Assembly (NCBI RefSeq): GCF_964204645.1 | Contig: NC_134025.1 | Location: 17,769,101-17,833,100, forward strand | Reading direction: 5' to 3' | Length of the DNA stretch: 64,000 bases | DNA from: Tubulanus polymorphus | Lineage: Eukaryota > Animalia > Nemertea | Made by a program: the position numbers and the translations under genes | The notes under the pieces: model-generated | Databases searched by the model: none | The model's input: the letters and a program-made list of their open reading frames with translations, nothing else | Told to the model about the DNA's origin: nothing | Part shown: positions 50,420 through 63,228 of the stretch, in pieces | How positions within the stretch are numbered: position 1 is the first letter of the stretch | Layout: each line of letters starts with the position of its first letter

Positions 50420-53400
50420 CGAGAAATTTCGGTTCTTGGCTTCTGTTTTGGCTCGTCTTGGTAACCAATCATCTTCTGCATGAGTTCTAGTTCGGCCATC
50501 TTCTTCTGCATGAGTTCTAGTTCAGCCATCTTCTGCTGCATGAGTTCGTCTATCGTCTTCGACGTCTATGTTGGTGTATTTGACATCTGGACTGGCTTGT
50601 AGTTCAAGCGGATACAGCTTGGACACTGCTCGGTTCGTGAAACCATTTGCTGTCTTTAATGCAACAGATCTACATATTCTATCTGGTCCATAGAACAGTT
50701 CTGTCACTAGTCCCAACTTCCATTTAAGCCTTGGCGTTTCTTCATGTATGATCACCACTTCGCCAACCTTTATTTGTTCTTCTTTTCCAGATCGTTGATT
50801 ATACTCTCTTAGGGCTGTAAGATACTCTTTAGACCATCGACTACGAAATCGCGTTAATATCTCGTCTAATCTTCTAGCTCTCACGTCTGCTTCATTCTTC
50901 TGAATCTGGAAGTCTGGATCTTCCAGCTCTTCCGGGGTGATAAAATCATGTGGAAGTGTAGTCAGCCGATGACCACACATCAGCTGCGACGGTGTAACAG
51001 GGGCTTCATCGTTTATGTCGGTAGAACTGTACGTCAGTGGTCTGTCGTTGACGATAGCCTCTGCTTCCGATACCACTGTCCGAAATTCATCAAACGAGAT
51101 AAGAGCTCTTCCTATAACCTTCTTCAATACCATCTTTACAATGCCAACTAAACGCTCCCAAAAGCCTCCATGCCATGGAGCCCTTTTCGTTATGAAGGAC
51201 CACTCTACTCCTTTCTTTGACACATATTCTGATGCTTTCTTGAAGGTTGCAGCATTATCAGTCAAAACCTTCTTTGGTAGAGATCTACGGCTTACGAATC
51301 TTCTAAAAGCTCTCATGAACGATTCTGTAGACTGATCTTCTGTGACTTCCAAATGTAAACCTCTACTCACTGAGCATGTGAATAGACAGATATAGCACTT
51401 CTGAGATTCTGACATCATCTTCACGTTGAACGGACCAGCAAAGTCAATACCAGTATGGAAAAACGCGGGAACATCTGCTACTCGCGCACCTGGCAACGGT
51501 GGCTCGACAGGAAGCTTGAATGGACGACCTGATAGTTTACGACAGACGACACATTGACGGACCATACTCTTCACTAACTGACGTACACACGGAATCCAAA
51601 TGACTGTCGGATGAAAGTTACGGTTGAATTAATCCCAAGATGGAAAACTCTCTCATGTGCATCTCGAACGACAAGTTGAGCCAATCTGTGAGTTTTCGGC
51701 AACAATACTGGGAACTTTGCAGAGAACGGCAGATCCGAGTTACCAATTCGACCATGACATCTAATCACGCCATCATCATCGATGTAGAGATTAAGTTGAT
51801 GAACGATATCAACCTTAATCTTACTACGTACTAGATCTGCATCATTTCTCGAGCAGCAGCGAATTCGTCTCTCGGTGCCGCTTTAATCCATTCAATTCTA
51901 GCTCTTTCGATTTCAGACGATCTCAAATTTTCTTCTCTGTTTTTCTGATCACCACGTACAACATCAACGAATCTCATTACCCATGCTGATATTCTAAATA
52001 ATCTGTTTAAATCAGAATAATCTCGAGCATCAATAATCTGATCAATCCCAATCTTCTCAGGTTCAATGTTCTTTCCTACTTCTTCAAGTACTGGTAATTG
52101 AACATTCAGCAACGTTGACTCAGCAGACCATTTAGGGTGATCACCAGTGCGTAACCATTCTGGGCCTTCCCACCATAGTCTATTGCATCTTAGCTCAGAT
52201 GCTGTACAACCGCGTGTTAATACATCAGCTGGATTCTCTGAACTTGGGCAGTATCCCCAAACAGCATCTGGAACTTGACTCTTAATTTCTGTAATTCTGT
52301 TCAATTCGAATGACTTCAATGATTTATCAGATTGTAATCTATACAGTACTGACTGGTTATCAGACCACGCAAACAGCTTCTTAGGTGTACCAATCGCATC
52401 CAAGATAAACTTAGCCAACCGTGACGCAATTACACCAGCGACAAGTTCCAGTTGTGGAATTGATAGTTGTTTAACGGGTGCAACTCTTGACTTCGACATC
52501 AGTAATCTTGAATCTGTATCACGAACTAGATAAGCGACAGCTCCATAAGCCTGTTCACTTGCATCTGCTAATACATGTAACTCGCAGCCTTCTATCGAGT
52601 CTAAACCATAGTCAAACGTCATACGTCCATAGTCAAAATCCAGAGCTTGAGATGTTTCTGTCGAAATTTTAACCCAACGATCTTTAATATCTTCTGGTAC
52701 TGGATCATCCCATACAAGACTTCTTCTCCATATATCCTGCAGCAGTGCTTTAGCGTTAATCAACAGTGGAGAAATAAATCCTATCGGATCGTAGACCTTT
52801 GATGTATCACTGAGAATCATTCGTTTAGTCAATGAATCTTGATGAATCGACGAAAATGTAACGGGTAATAGTCTCAAATTATCATTTTCAGAATCCCATC
52901 TGAGTCCAAGTACCTTCACTTTAACCGATTTCTCAGCAACACCATCTCGTTCCGCTCGTTCCATTACTTCTGGACAATTACTACTCCATGATCGTAAATT
53001 AAAACCACCTTTCTTCAATAACTGACGAGAATGTTCTTAAAAATCTGTCATAGATGACTGCTCATTCATCGAGATTATGACATTATCCACGTATATATTC
53101 TTAGCAATCAAATCAGTGATTGATGACGTATTCAGCTGTAAATGTTTAAGGACTGTAGCATTAAGAATGAACGGCGAGCACGTTGCTCCAAACAATACCG
53201 CGCAAAATCTGAATGTCACCAAATTACTTCCTGGATTTTTTGGATCTTCTAACCAGAGAAAACGTGTCATATCTCTATCCTGTTCTGCCAGAAGGATGAA
53301 TAGAAAAGCTTTTTCCAAGTCTGAGACCGCAGCATATCTCCCGATTCTAAAACGCAATAACATTCCGACAATATCATTGTGTAGAGGGGGTCCCGATTCC

Positions 53401-55846
53401 AGAGAGTCATTCAAGCTTATGGATGAATTTGTCTTACAGCTACAATCAAAGACAATACGGAGCGGTGTTGTACTAGAGTCTTTTATCACGGCATGATGTG
53501 GTAAATAATTACATGATCCATCAGTTGGTGCTGCGTCTGGAACTCGTTCTATAAATCCTCTTCTTTCTTGTTCTGTTATTAGACCAGCATAAGTCTCTAA
53601 CATTGAATTGCTAACCAATCGTTTTATAGTCGACATAGTCCGTGCACGACACATTGTAAAATTGTCATTCAATGGCGGGTGGTCACTCTTCCATTGTAGA
53701 CGCGCAACATATTTACTGTCGGTAAATTTAATCGACTCAGCACAGTACTCCTCCATAGAAACTGACTCACACTTCGATGCATCAGGACTTTCAATCCCTA
53801 TAGATTCCAATTCCCATAGTCTTTTCATATTGAGTTTATCGTCGGTACTGTCAACCAATGTGTCTAGCATTGTCACCATTGACGCGGACGAATGACTACT
53901 ATATGCTTCGCTGATCGGACCCGACAATAAATAACCAATTTTCGAATTAACTGCCACGGGATAATTTTCACTCGATCCTCTGATTATCTCATTATATCAT
54001 CAACAATATTGTAGTAATAATCCGATCCGATTAGTACAGTGATGTTGAATAAATCAGTATCATCAACGGGATGCGCTAATGTCAAATTTTCCAAATGAGA
54101 AAATTCTTTAGTAATTTTAGACATATTCTTTATCGGTGCTGCAATTTCCGGAACGACAAGTAACTCCATCTCAAAAACTTCTTCACCTCTGCATATCAAC
54201 CTTAGTTTAACCACAGGAAGAAGACGTACATCACTTGCCGACTGAGACCCAAAACTAGCCAATTGTAACAGATCTTCACGCTCAGTAACAAGTTGAAGTT
54301 CTTCAGCCAACGAATCTTGAATAAAACTTCTTTGAGACCCATCATCTAATAAAATATTAGCTTTTGTTCTAATTCCCGATACAGCATTTTCAACTTGCGA
54401 AACAGCAGTTTTCAGTTATCCTCCTTGTAGTGTAGCATTACAGTAATTTCCAGAGACAGCAACAGCAACATTCCTAGATACGGTTGGGGCATCAATATTC
54501 TGAATTACATCTACCTGGCTAGAATCAGCATTATCATGGACCGCAGCAGAGACCTGACTTTGACTTTGACCTTGACCTTGACCATTTTGTAATGACGAAT
54601 CTGGTACTCTTGGGTTTTGAACACCTGCCAAATCTGAACTCGAACCCTGTCCTCCAGTCTGTGCTTGTCCTCGTGACTGACTTCCGGTACAAATACTAGT
54701 GTGATGTCTTCCAACATGGCATTTTTTACATTTGATTCTTGACGGACACTGACGTGACTGATGACTCGAAATTAAGCAGTTAAAACAAAGACCAAGTTGT
54801 TTTATTCGATTTTTCCTCGCTTCGACGGTTACGAATTGAATACAGTTGGTAGCTTTATGTCCAGCTGAACAATAGTGACACTTCAAAGGACCAATCTGGC
54901 ATCGAATACCTGCAGAACCAACGACCATTGTGGAAATTTCTTCGGGCTTTGTGCCAGGTTGGTAACCAGCTCCCATGACAAAAACCTCATTTTCCAGCCC
55001 ACTAATAACCTCGCTTAAGCTATATTCACGGTCACCATATTTTCTCGCTAGGTTACGTTGTACTTCACTGGGCAACTTGTCCATAACAATAGGGACCAAT
55101 ATACCGCCGAAATAATCGTCGTCTTTACCGTATGTTCTCAATGTACGCATATACGAGCCCAATTTATCGGAAAATTTACGGAGACAAATATAAGTATATA
55201 AAGGCTTTTCCAAATCAATCACGGCACGCATATATGCCTTTGTAACTACGTGTGGCTGTCCGAATCGACTTTTCAAAATTGTACAGGCTTCCTTATAAGC
55301 ATTTTCTGTTATTGGCAAACCAGCAATAGCGTCAGCTGCTTCTCCAATGAGCTGGGCTTTCAAATAAGTGAATTTCTGAACATTAGTCATCATGGTGGAC
55401 GAGTTTACAGCGCTGTCAAAGCTATCCCAAAAGCCAGACCATTCTAGTATTTTTCCAGAAAATTTGGGTAGAATTAATTTTGGTAGATTTACCTTTCTAG
55501 CGTTGTCAGAATTCCTAGATAGTCCTGAATTTCCTTGTCCTGAATTTCCAAGAGGCCAATCGATGAGTTTTGATTCCACTTTTCGCAAATCCAATTTTTT
55601 TGACAGAATATCCTCCTCCGCTCCTTCGAAAAATGCTGCGAACTGATCATCGGTCGACAATTCACATATCCTTTAATTCAATTCCTCAATTTTAGCTAAT
55701 GTTCCTCGAACGCTTTCCAAAATGATGCAGATTTCTTGCGATTTAGTATAATCAGATGTAGCGATTAATGCGTTAATCTTCGTAATTTGATTATCGTAAT
55801 GCCCCCGGTGGGCGTCCCTAGATCGCACGATCGTATCCCTGCTCAT
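50420..55846 (-). pseudogene. BEL/Pao gag-pol polyprotein with several stops and frameshifts
   Basis: Gag LPKLILPKFSG..EWSGFWDSF with Zn knuckles, protease LLDDGSQRSFI, RT YLPHHAV/LRIVFD/YVDN, RNase H ADASEQAYGAVAY and integrase GIDFAGP/TDNA/GGFWERLV. Confidence 0.95.
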
Positions 55847-55872
55847 TTTTCCAAGCTCAAGAGGAACCAAAA

Positions 55873-56024
55873 TGTCGATATTTCCTCGATATATACAACT
55901 ACATTTTTATAGTACGAGAACACCGTTTATTCTGCCTAATCCCGCCAACCCCGGTGAGCGTTGGAGCATGGAAAATATATAAAAGTTAATCTACCGTTCC
56001 AATGACTAAATCATATCTCCAACA
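55873..56024 (-). repeat. 5' LTR of BEL/Pao
   Basis: Direct repeat of 50232-50383. Confidence 0.95.
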
Positions 56025-56139
56025 TTTGCCGTATCTATTTCATGTAGAAACTTCTACGAGCTCTGCCAGTTAGAAAGAACCCGATTCTATTTCATGTTGA
56101 AATTGATCACGTGACCAACCCCTTCTCTGAAAACGACAC

Positions 56140-56206
56140 AAACTCGTGGGATTCGAGACCACTGACACCATTATCAAAACCTACGTCTTAACCACCTAAG
56201 CCACGA
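56140..56206 (-). other. tRNA-like sequence (Pol III A/B boxes) inside Merlin
   Basis: Minus strand GTGGCTTAGGTGGTTAAGACG...GGTCTCGAATCCCACGAG. Anticodon arm is poor. Confidence 0.5.
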
Positions 56207-57093
56207 AGGATTGATATAGAGGCCTTTATTTCATAAGCTATAGTTTTGGTTGAGTAGTCAATTAATCATTGTGTATTATCTGCGACATGAATCTCATTTG
56301 ATATTGTTTTTAATAAACATGAAATATATATTTATTCTTATTCTTATTGATTTATTAACTACATTCACATTTTTTATTCATAACTTGTGGATTAATTCAA
56401 TAAAGTTTAATCACCTAATCATAACTACATTGAATAACTATAACGATATTTAATTATTTTTATTTTGGCACAATTATACTAATATGATTATGATAAGTAT
56501 AATCATTTGATTATTCTATCAAAATTAGGCCTATGTTTAAGTTTGATCACCTAGTCATAACTTTTCTAACGATATTATATTCATAAATATATCAGGGATT
56601 AATGATTCACGTTTAATCACCTGATCATTTTTTTTCAGTAGGATTGCACTTAATCTTATACAGCTTTTTTAGAGTATTAAATGGGGATATACATTTCAAT
56701 ACAATTATTAGGCTAGAATTATTGGATTGTTTTATCATAATTATATCTAAAGTTTGATTTCCTAATCATAACTATATTAGGGAGTCATTTAATCAAGTTT
56801 GATCACAATTTCATTTCACCCTAAATTATCATGGAAAAATCTTCGAGCAATGATAGTTTTCAGTAGGCATCAATCTTCAACAAGTCAGTGTATATGAAAT
56901 GAGGATTTACATTTCAACCGTAAGGCTGGTACGACGAGTATGTGATATATGTCTCGGTCGATTGACCGGGTTCTATAATGATGTCACATTTCTACGTGAA
57001 TAGAACGCGAATACGCGGTTCTATATCGCGTAGAAATGTGGCCTCGTTTTCTAACAATACATTGAATACTATCGTCGCATACTGACCAGCAAC

Positions 57094-57749
57094 ATGTCGA
57101 CGAGTAGACGTACGTTCAGTAGGGAAAGTATTAAAAAGATATATAAAACTGCATATTCTATTAAAGTACCATGGTCAGATATATTATCGCCAGAAATATA
57201 TCAATGGATAACCATAATACAGAAAGCCTACAATATTCCAATGGAGATACTGATCACTAGTATTTGCTCAATGGCAGCCGCACTTACCGGTCCAACAACT
57301 ACGATTACAGCTGGCACCTACCAATCACCAATGAATGTTTATCTAATCACAGTGAGTGATCCCGGAGGTGGCAAGTCCATGGCTTACCAGAAGATAATAT
57401 TGCCGGGAATGAGGTTTTACATCAGTGTGGTTTCTAAAAAATTACAGCCTCGAAACATACACTACCGCCGGCATTCATCATCACCAAGCTACCAATAAAG
57501 GATATGGCATTATAGTTAGCGATGAAGGAACAAGAATACTTCAACAGATAAACTCGAAACAAAACAAGGGAGAATCTGAAAGGAGCTTATTATGTAAAAT
57601 GTGGGGAGGGCTTGGTGATGCCAGCACTTTGTCAACGGGGGTAAGGGGATTCGAAAGAATGGCACTATGTATGCAGGTGATGATTCAAATAGACCCACTG
57701 ATACACGAATTGGATAACATGATTAATATCAACGATGGCTTCCTGGATG

Positions 57750-57824
<75 letters not shown>

Positions 57825-57991
57825 CATCCATAGATATTCAGAGATATACTGACAAGTTCTTCAATACAGACGGAGTCTCACACGTAATTCTGGAACTTAC
57901 TAAAACACACCACCCGCACATCGAGATAATATCCCATCGCATCGATTTCGGAGACGAGCCTACACAGAATGATGGCTCCCAAACTCAATAA
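57094..57991 (+). pseudogene. DUF3987/YfjI-like P-loop NTPase gene carried inside Merlin, frameshifted and broken by (TA)n
   Basis: MNVYLITVSDPGGGKS (Walker A), YTTAGI, GIIVSDEG (Walker B), ERSLLCKMWGG, MIQ and NDGFLD. An open C-terminal piece after the TA run ends at TAA ~57990, overlapping AATAAA. Confidence 0.7.
57751..57822. repeat. (TA)n microsatellite
   Basis: Direct reading. Confidence 0.95.
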
Positions 57992-58249
57992 ACTCCGAGG
58001 CTCAAACTTATCGAGATTTTTATTTAATCGATGTAATTGTATTTTCAGACATGTAATGTTGACAACAGTGTCAAGACTGGGTCAAGCACCCATTTTGTTT
58101 GTTATTTTTTTGTTACTGAATAAACCAGTATTGGATCTGTTGTCTTGTTTACTGCATCTGTCTGTTCACCCGTTTACCTGCAAAGAATTGGCGGCTTCAG
58201 TGTATGCAAGTTCACCTGTTTACCTCGTGTTGAAACCCTATTTGGCGTA

Positions 58250-58600
58250 TCGTAGACCCGTAAACCTGTTCAACTCTTGTGTTCACTATTTCCCTGCCCC
58301 TCATCAGTGTTTTCCAGTTAACCAGTCCACCTGTAGACTTTGTGTGTCCACCCCCATTTATGTAGTGTATGCCCGTAGACCTGCAAACCTGTTCAACGTG
58401 TGTATCCCATGACATGTCCCCTCGAGCCACATGTCAGTTGACCGGTCAACCTGTAGACCTTGTGTGTCCACCCCCAATTACGTAGTGTAAGCCCGTAGAC
58501 CTGCAAACCTGTTCAACGTGTGTATCTGATGACGTGTGTATCTGATGACATGTCCCCTCGAGACACATGTCAGTTGACCAGTCAACCTGTAGACCTTGTG
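58250..58600. repeat. Merlin right subterminal tandem repeats (~120-bp units)
   Basis: ACCTGTAGACCTTGTGTGTCCACCCC...CCCGTAGACCTGCAAACCTGTTCAACGTG is repeated. The core also appears at 47589-47650. Confidence 0.85.
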
Positions 58601-59157
58601 TGGCGTAGGACTGGTATATATAAAGGCTTAACCTTTGTATGTCATGACTATCATAATTATAGATATATTATACACTCATGCGCATGAATATCTGCACTAT
58701 TTTTGTCGTATACTATACTTGGGCCTGTCCTTCTAGTTTACAAGTCCATGGTGAGTACAATGACAGTAGGCCTACATAATTGACATTAGTTCCCATTTAT
58801 ATTGACCTTTTCACTGCTTACATAAAACAATGAATGATAGAGAAACAGCCTTTTATATTGATATGTCCAGTGGCAAGTGGTACCAATGTGACTATTGTGT
58901 GGAGTTAATTGCAAATTGTAGGGAGGTGTCTGGTCAATGGACTATAGGCCTATGCATAAGCACAGGGCTGCATTCACAAATTGAATTGAAAAAAAATTTA
59001 CGGAGGCAATTTTCAGAATTTAAGGGGGATCATGGAAATTTGAGAGGTAAGCTTAAAATTTTAGGGTATTTAACCCCTTCAATGTGGATTTCCTGTATTT
59101 TAGGGTATTTAAGAAATTTAAGGACCATTCAAAGCAATTGATCATGGTAACAAAATA

Positions 59158-59856
59158 CAGAGATAAGAACGCCAATTTATAAAATCCACGGGTTTTTTTT
59201 TTGAGTTGCACACGCGAACCAGCTGACGGCATAGCCGTCAGCACTCGCGAGCGCCGAAGCGATTTCCGGGAGTTTGGGGGTCTTCCCCCAAGAAAATTTT
59301 AGAAATTAAAAGCGTTTTCCGAGCACTTAGAGCGATCTTGAACCCATGAACGACTATTATATTTTGGAAGGTAATGGCTAGTTCCGATGTGGTACATCCT
59401 CATTCGATGACATTCAGCATCTCATGCATTACGGGTCGAGCCCTGAATTATTGCAGTTAAAACGCGCCGATGAATGCTCACTAAAAAATCATCACCCAGT
59501 AGTTTATAATATCTGAAGGCGTTCGCCACACACGTGTGGCAACAGTAAGTAGGCCTATATACATTACTACTGCTGCCGCACGCACATGCCTGCAACCGAT
59601 CGATAAAATACATACAAACTCATCGTAGTACAAAATCAGGGTTGCAATGAATATGCAATGAAATGCGATACTTTTACGCGACGAAAAGTAAAACAGGCAC
59701 TGAACGCTTTTACGGTTAACCTGAATACCGATCGCACCAGACCAATTGAATGAGATCATCAACCCCCCCATACTTTTACATCATTTTTGGACTATTTGGA
59801 AAATCGATATTTTTCAATACCGAAATCCGCGGATCCGCGGGGAATTCTCATCCCTG
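59158..59856. mobile_element. MITE with 6-bp TSD AAAATA inserted in a family A satellite unit
   Basis: TIR CAGAGATAAGAA / TTCTCATCCCTG (2 mismatches). The host reads GGTAAC-AAAATA-TGCCTAG when the insert is removed. Confidence 0.8.
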
Positions 59857-60659
59857 AAAATATGCCTAGCTACCAATATAATAAGGAAAGTATACTAAGT
59901 TATTGTATTATTCAATGCCCCTTGGTGGCCATATACACGAAGCAATGACCTTGAAACTCACCAATATCATAGAATACGTTATGTACTACAACTTTCCAAT
60001 TGATTGTGCTAACAAAATATGCTTAGGAATCAATAAAATGAGGAAAAACTTTTTTCTGCCTACGAAAGAATACTGATGACACCAAGACGGCCACAAATTG
60101 CGGCATAATTGGCTGATCAAAAATACCTGTCTTGGGTATAAAAGATCCCTTTTCAAAGAATACCCATCATAAATTGCAATGAGAAATGGCAAACCAGTAG
60201 GAAGCTACAGGACTCAGAATTCGGGCCAAAATTGACATTTTTGGGCACAAAAAAGGTCATAGGATGGCTATCTCAAGTCCGATCAACCCAATTTTTCTTA
60301 TGCTGATGGACACTACATCAAGATCATACAAATACATCAAGATCAAGATAATTGATCAAAGCCTCTTCGAAATTTCCCTTTGGTCACAGCTGAGCTAAAA
60401 ATGTGTTAAAAGTTCTGATTTTGGCGAACATCAATGGCTGCAAGTCCGCCATCTTGAATCAAACAGGGCCAATTTTTGGGCTGAAGATGTGTCTAGGGTA
60501 GAGACATGTGTAACCCAAATATCAAGACATTACATTGAAGTGTCTTTAAAACTTCCCAAATAAACTGGATTCCGTTTACAGACGAACGGACCGACGGACA
60601 GACGAACGGAAAGTGAACACATTTGCCCGCTGGGACTTAAGTCCTGAGTGGGCAAAAAA
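59857..60659 (-). mobile_element. Family A HINE-like element, partial and more diverged (host begins ~59133)
   Basis: Satellite unit, shared body, ACGG microsatellite and hairpin GCCCGCTGGGACTTAAGTCCTGAGTGGGC. Confidence 0.8.
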
Positions 60660-61164
60660 TTGCCGATTTTGCATAAAGAGGGGGAGTTGAATGAATGATC
60701 CCTTTATGAAAATAACAAAGTATTCATGGTAAGCATTTCTCTTAAAATTGTTATTATCTTAAATTGTTATTATTATTATTATTACTATTATTACTATTAC
60801 TATTTACAGTAAACTCCGCCTAAGTCGGATCAATTCGTATCCGATAATTTCGTCCGACATAGCCGGAATCCGACTAAATATTTTGGAACTCATTTGTTAA
60901 GGACTATGGTTGCTAATATAAGGTTTATTCACTGTAAAAACTGTTATGCAGCAAAAATTGTAAATAAATAATCAAATGTGTACTACTTGAATAAGTTCTA
61001 TATAAGTTAATATCTCAGTTTTTGGTTGTTTGCGGCTTGTATCATCTAGATCGATTGGCCCAATTTAAATCTGTAGCCGGGGAATCCCTAGTCAGCATTC
61101 ACATTTTTTGGGCCTATCCGGGATTCGAACCCACCCATAGAATTCATTAAATGAAAAAAATAAA

Positions 61165-62295
61165 TTGCCCATGGGCAAAGTGTGGTTTACCATGAAAGCT
61201 AGATGTTGTTTGGAATAAGGGCATTGCTTGAAAAATCTTTTTAATTCGTGACTTCAAAGTTCCACAAGTTTATATTGTATTTTATCTTTCTTAAAGAATT
61301 ATTTTGTAGTCAAATAAGACCAAAGATATACATTTGTTTACGGTACACGTCCAAAATTTTGTAGGGTACAGGTAGGCGCGGCAGGGAAACTATTTCATAT
61401 TTTCAAAAAAATATGTTTCACAATATGAAAAAATATTCAAATAAGGCCATCCCAAAATAATTGTCTGTTTGCCGTAACACCGACTCAACTTTTCAGGATG
61501 AGTCGGTAGGTAGGTAGAAATTTATCACCTTTTTACATGGAAACAATATCGCAAAAAATCATCTACGTTGTGCACGAGAAATTTGTCTAATAGCGTAGAT
61601 TTCAAGAATTATTCTAAAATTATAACTTCGTCCAGAGCGTCATCTCTGTGTTAAAAATGAAACAGTACATTGAATATGTGCGTGCTTTTACGTTACCAGC
61701 TTTACAATATAGTCACTATTAGAATGAATGGCAGCTTATTGGAACACTGCCAGTTTCCTGGAAAACTTAAACAAGGCCACAGGTCAAGGCATGTTTTCAC
61801 AGATGCACACTTGAATTCAACCATACCTAAAAGCTCATACACCGGCAGTGGGTCGTCGGTCGGTCGGCCGTTTTTATCCAAAAAAAATTTATTTCAATGA
61901 ATCCCAGAAAAAAGTTTTCACTCGGTACCTTTGAAGTCGGGTCGGTCGGGTTACGGCAAACAGACCATTATTATGGGATGGCCTAAAATTCATATGATGT
62001 CACATATCAGAGGGTGGCTGAATATTGGGTCTTGGAAACCTCTTCCAATTTTGGCCGCGGAAGCTAAAATACCGGCACAGAAGAAATCAGCTATTAGATC
62101 GTTTTAAATCCTGGAATTTACCACTACAATATTCAGACCTCGACAGACCTTATAGTTTGCTGCTTAAGTATTTTCAGGTCATATGAAATTACAATTTATT
62201 ACAAATTCTATCGAACAGAAAACACAGCGTTCATCTTCTGCTACGATTATTCAGCCCATTTTCATGTCAAACGTGCACGCGTTACAGCATCACCC
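61165..62295. repeat. Dispersed repeat family D, second copy
   Basis: Matches 33289-33805 plus 35540-35620. Confidence 0.8.
61445..61983. mobile_element. PIF/Harbinger-type (Tourist-like) MITE, TSD TAA
   Basis: TIR GGCCATCCCAAAATAATTGTCTGTTTGCCGTAAC / GTTACGGCAAACAGACCATTATTATGGGATGGCC with TAA on both sides. Absent from the family D copy at ~33560. Confidence 0.88.
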
Positions 62296-63228
62296 TTAGT
62301 AGTGTACTGTACGAGATGGTCAAACTTTTCCTGTTTGAATATGAGTACAACCAGCACGGTGTTGTCATATCGGGGAATCACAGAACCGAGAATTTTCAAA
62401 AAACACGGAATTTCTTCATTTTCACTATAGGCCTACATAGTAACCTTGTAAACCACGGGATACCCCTTGTTGGGCAAGGCACCGGATGCATGTTTCCATT
62501 ACTGCTACCTGGTAGGCCTATGTGATGATCTATTACTATCATCACTCAACAAATTAACAATACATCCAAAGGAGAAAATGGAGAACCTACGTAGGCAATT
62601 AATCTATCAACATTGACTGCTGACCCGATCACAGTAACTCGTGCATTGGGCCTACACTCAAGGCAGTATGTCGGTTAAGACCGCATCTACGATTTCTGCG
62701 AATGTTACCATTAATAAACCTTTAACTAATTTAATAAATGCTGCATTGTAAAATGGATATAAAACGATGGTTTATTTAGACTGCACTGTTTCACTGGTCG
62801 TATTCAGACAAACTGAAGTATGTTTTTATACTGTCAATAGAAATATCCCAAAATGAACGAGGTCAGATGAAAACAAATACACATTATGCATATTCTGGCT
62901 TTGGATTTTTAATGCATCTCGTGCATGTATATTCTGATTAATGTGAGTGTGGTGTATCTAGAAGAGTTAATAAAAGTTGAATGATATGAAAGATTATATA
63001 TAAAATGGTTTCTTTTTTTAACTCTGTTATTTGTGACGAGAAAGCTGTTACCTAGTTGCTTCTCCTTGTTGATTCCTTGGGTTTAAAAAACCGTATCATT
63101 GATACTAGATGGTGGTTTCTATCAAAATTATTTTTAAGGAATCGCGGTACATAGTTGGTAGTAGCACATATCACGTTTGCAGGCATCTGAAACTATGGTC
63201 GAAACTAGAACGTGCTACTAAGATTGCA

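Larger units (their letters stand above)
50232..56024 (-). mobile_element. Full-length BEL/Pao LTR retrotransposon, 152-bp LTRs, 5-bp TSD TTTGC
   Basis: LTRs 50232-50383 and 55873-56024 (TG...CA, 5 substitutions counted by eye). TTTGC on both sides. PBS-like TGGTTCC next to the 5' LTR and a short purine tract next to the 3' LTR. Confidence 0.96.
47503..58725. mobile_element. Merlin (IS1595/ISXO2-like) DNA transposon, 11223 bp including nested inserts, 8-bp TSD TGTCCTTC
   Basis: TIRs GGCCCAAGTATAGTATACAACGAAATAGTGCA / TGCACTATTTTTGTCGTATACTATACTTGGGCC. TGTCCTTC at 47495-47502 and 58726-58733. Subterminal GTAGACCTG motifs at both ends. Confidence 0.92.

Noticed and set aside
56140-56206. Functional tRNA gene
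   Set aside because: A/B-box-like motifs are present but the anticodon arm does not pair well. Kept only as tRNA-like.
57969-58430. 147-aa and 72-aa ORFs near the Merlin right end
   Set aside because: They run through subterminal repeats and have no recognisable domain.
60805-60880. TA-CAGT Tc1/pogo-type terminus (similar fragment at ~45735)
   Set aside because: Only one end is visible, so the element cannot be delimited.
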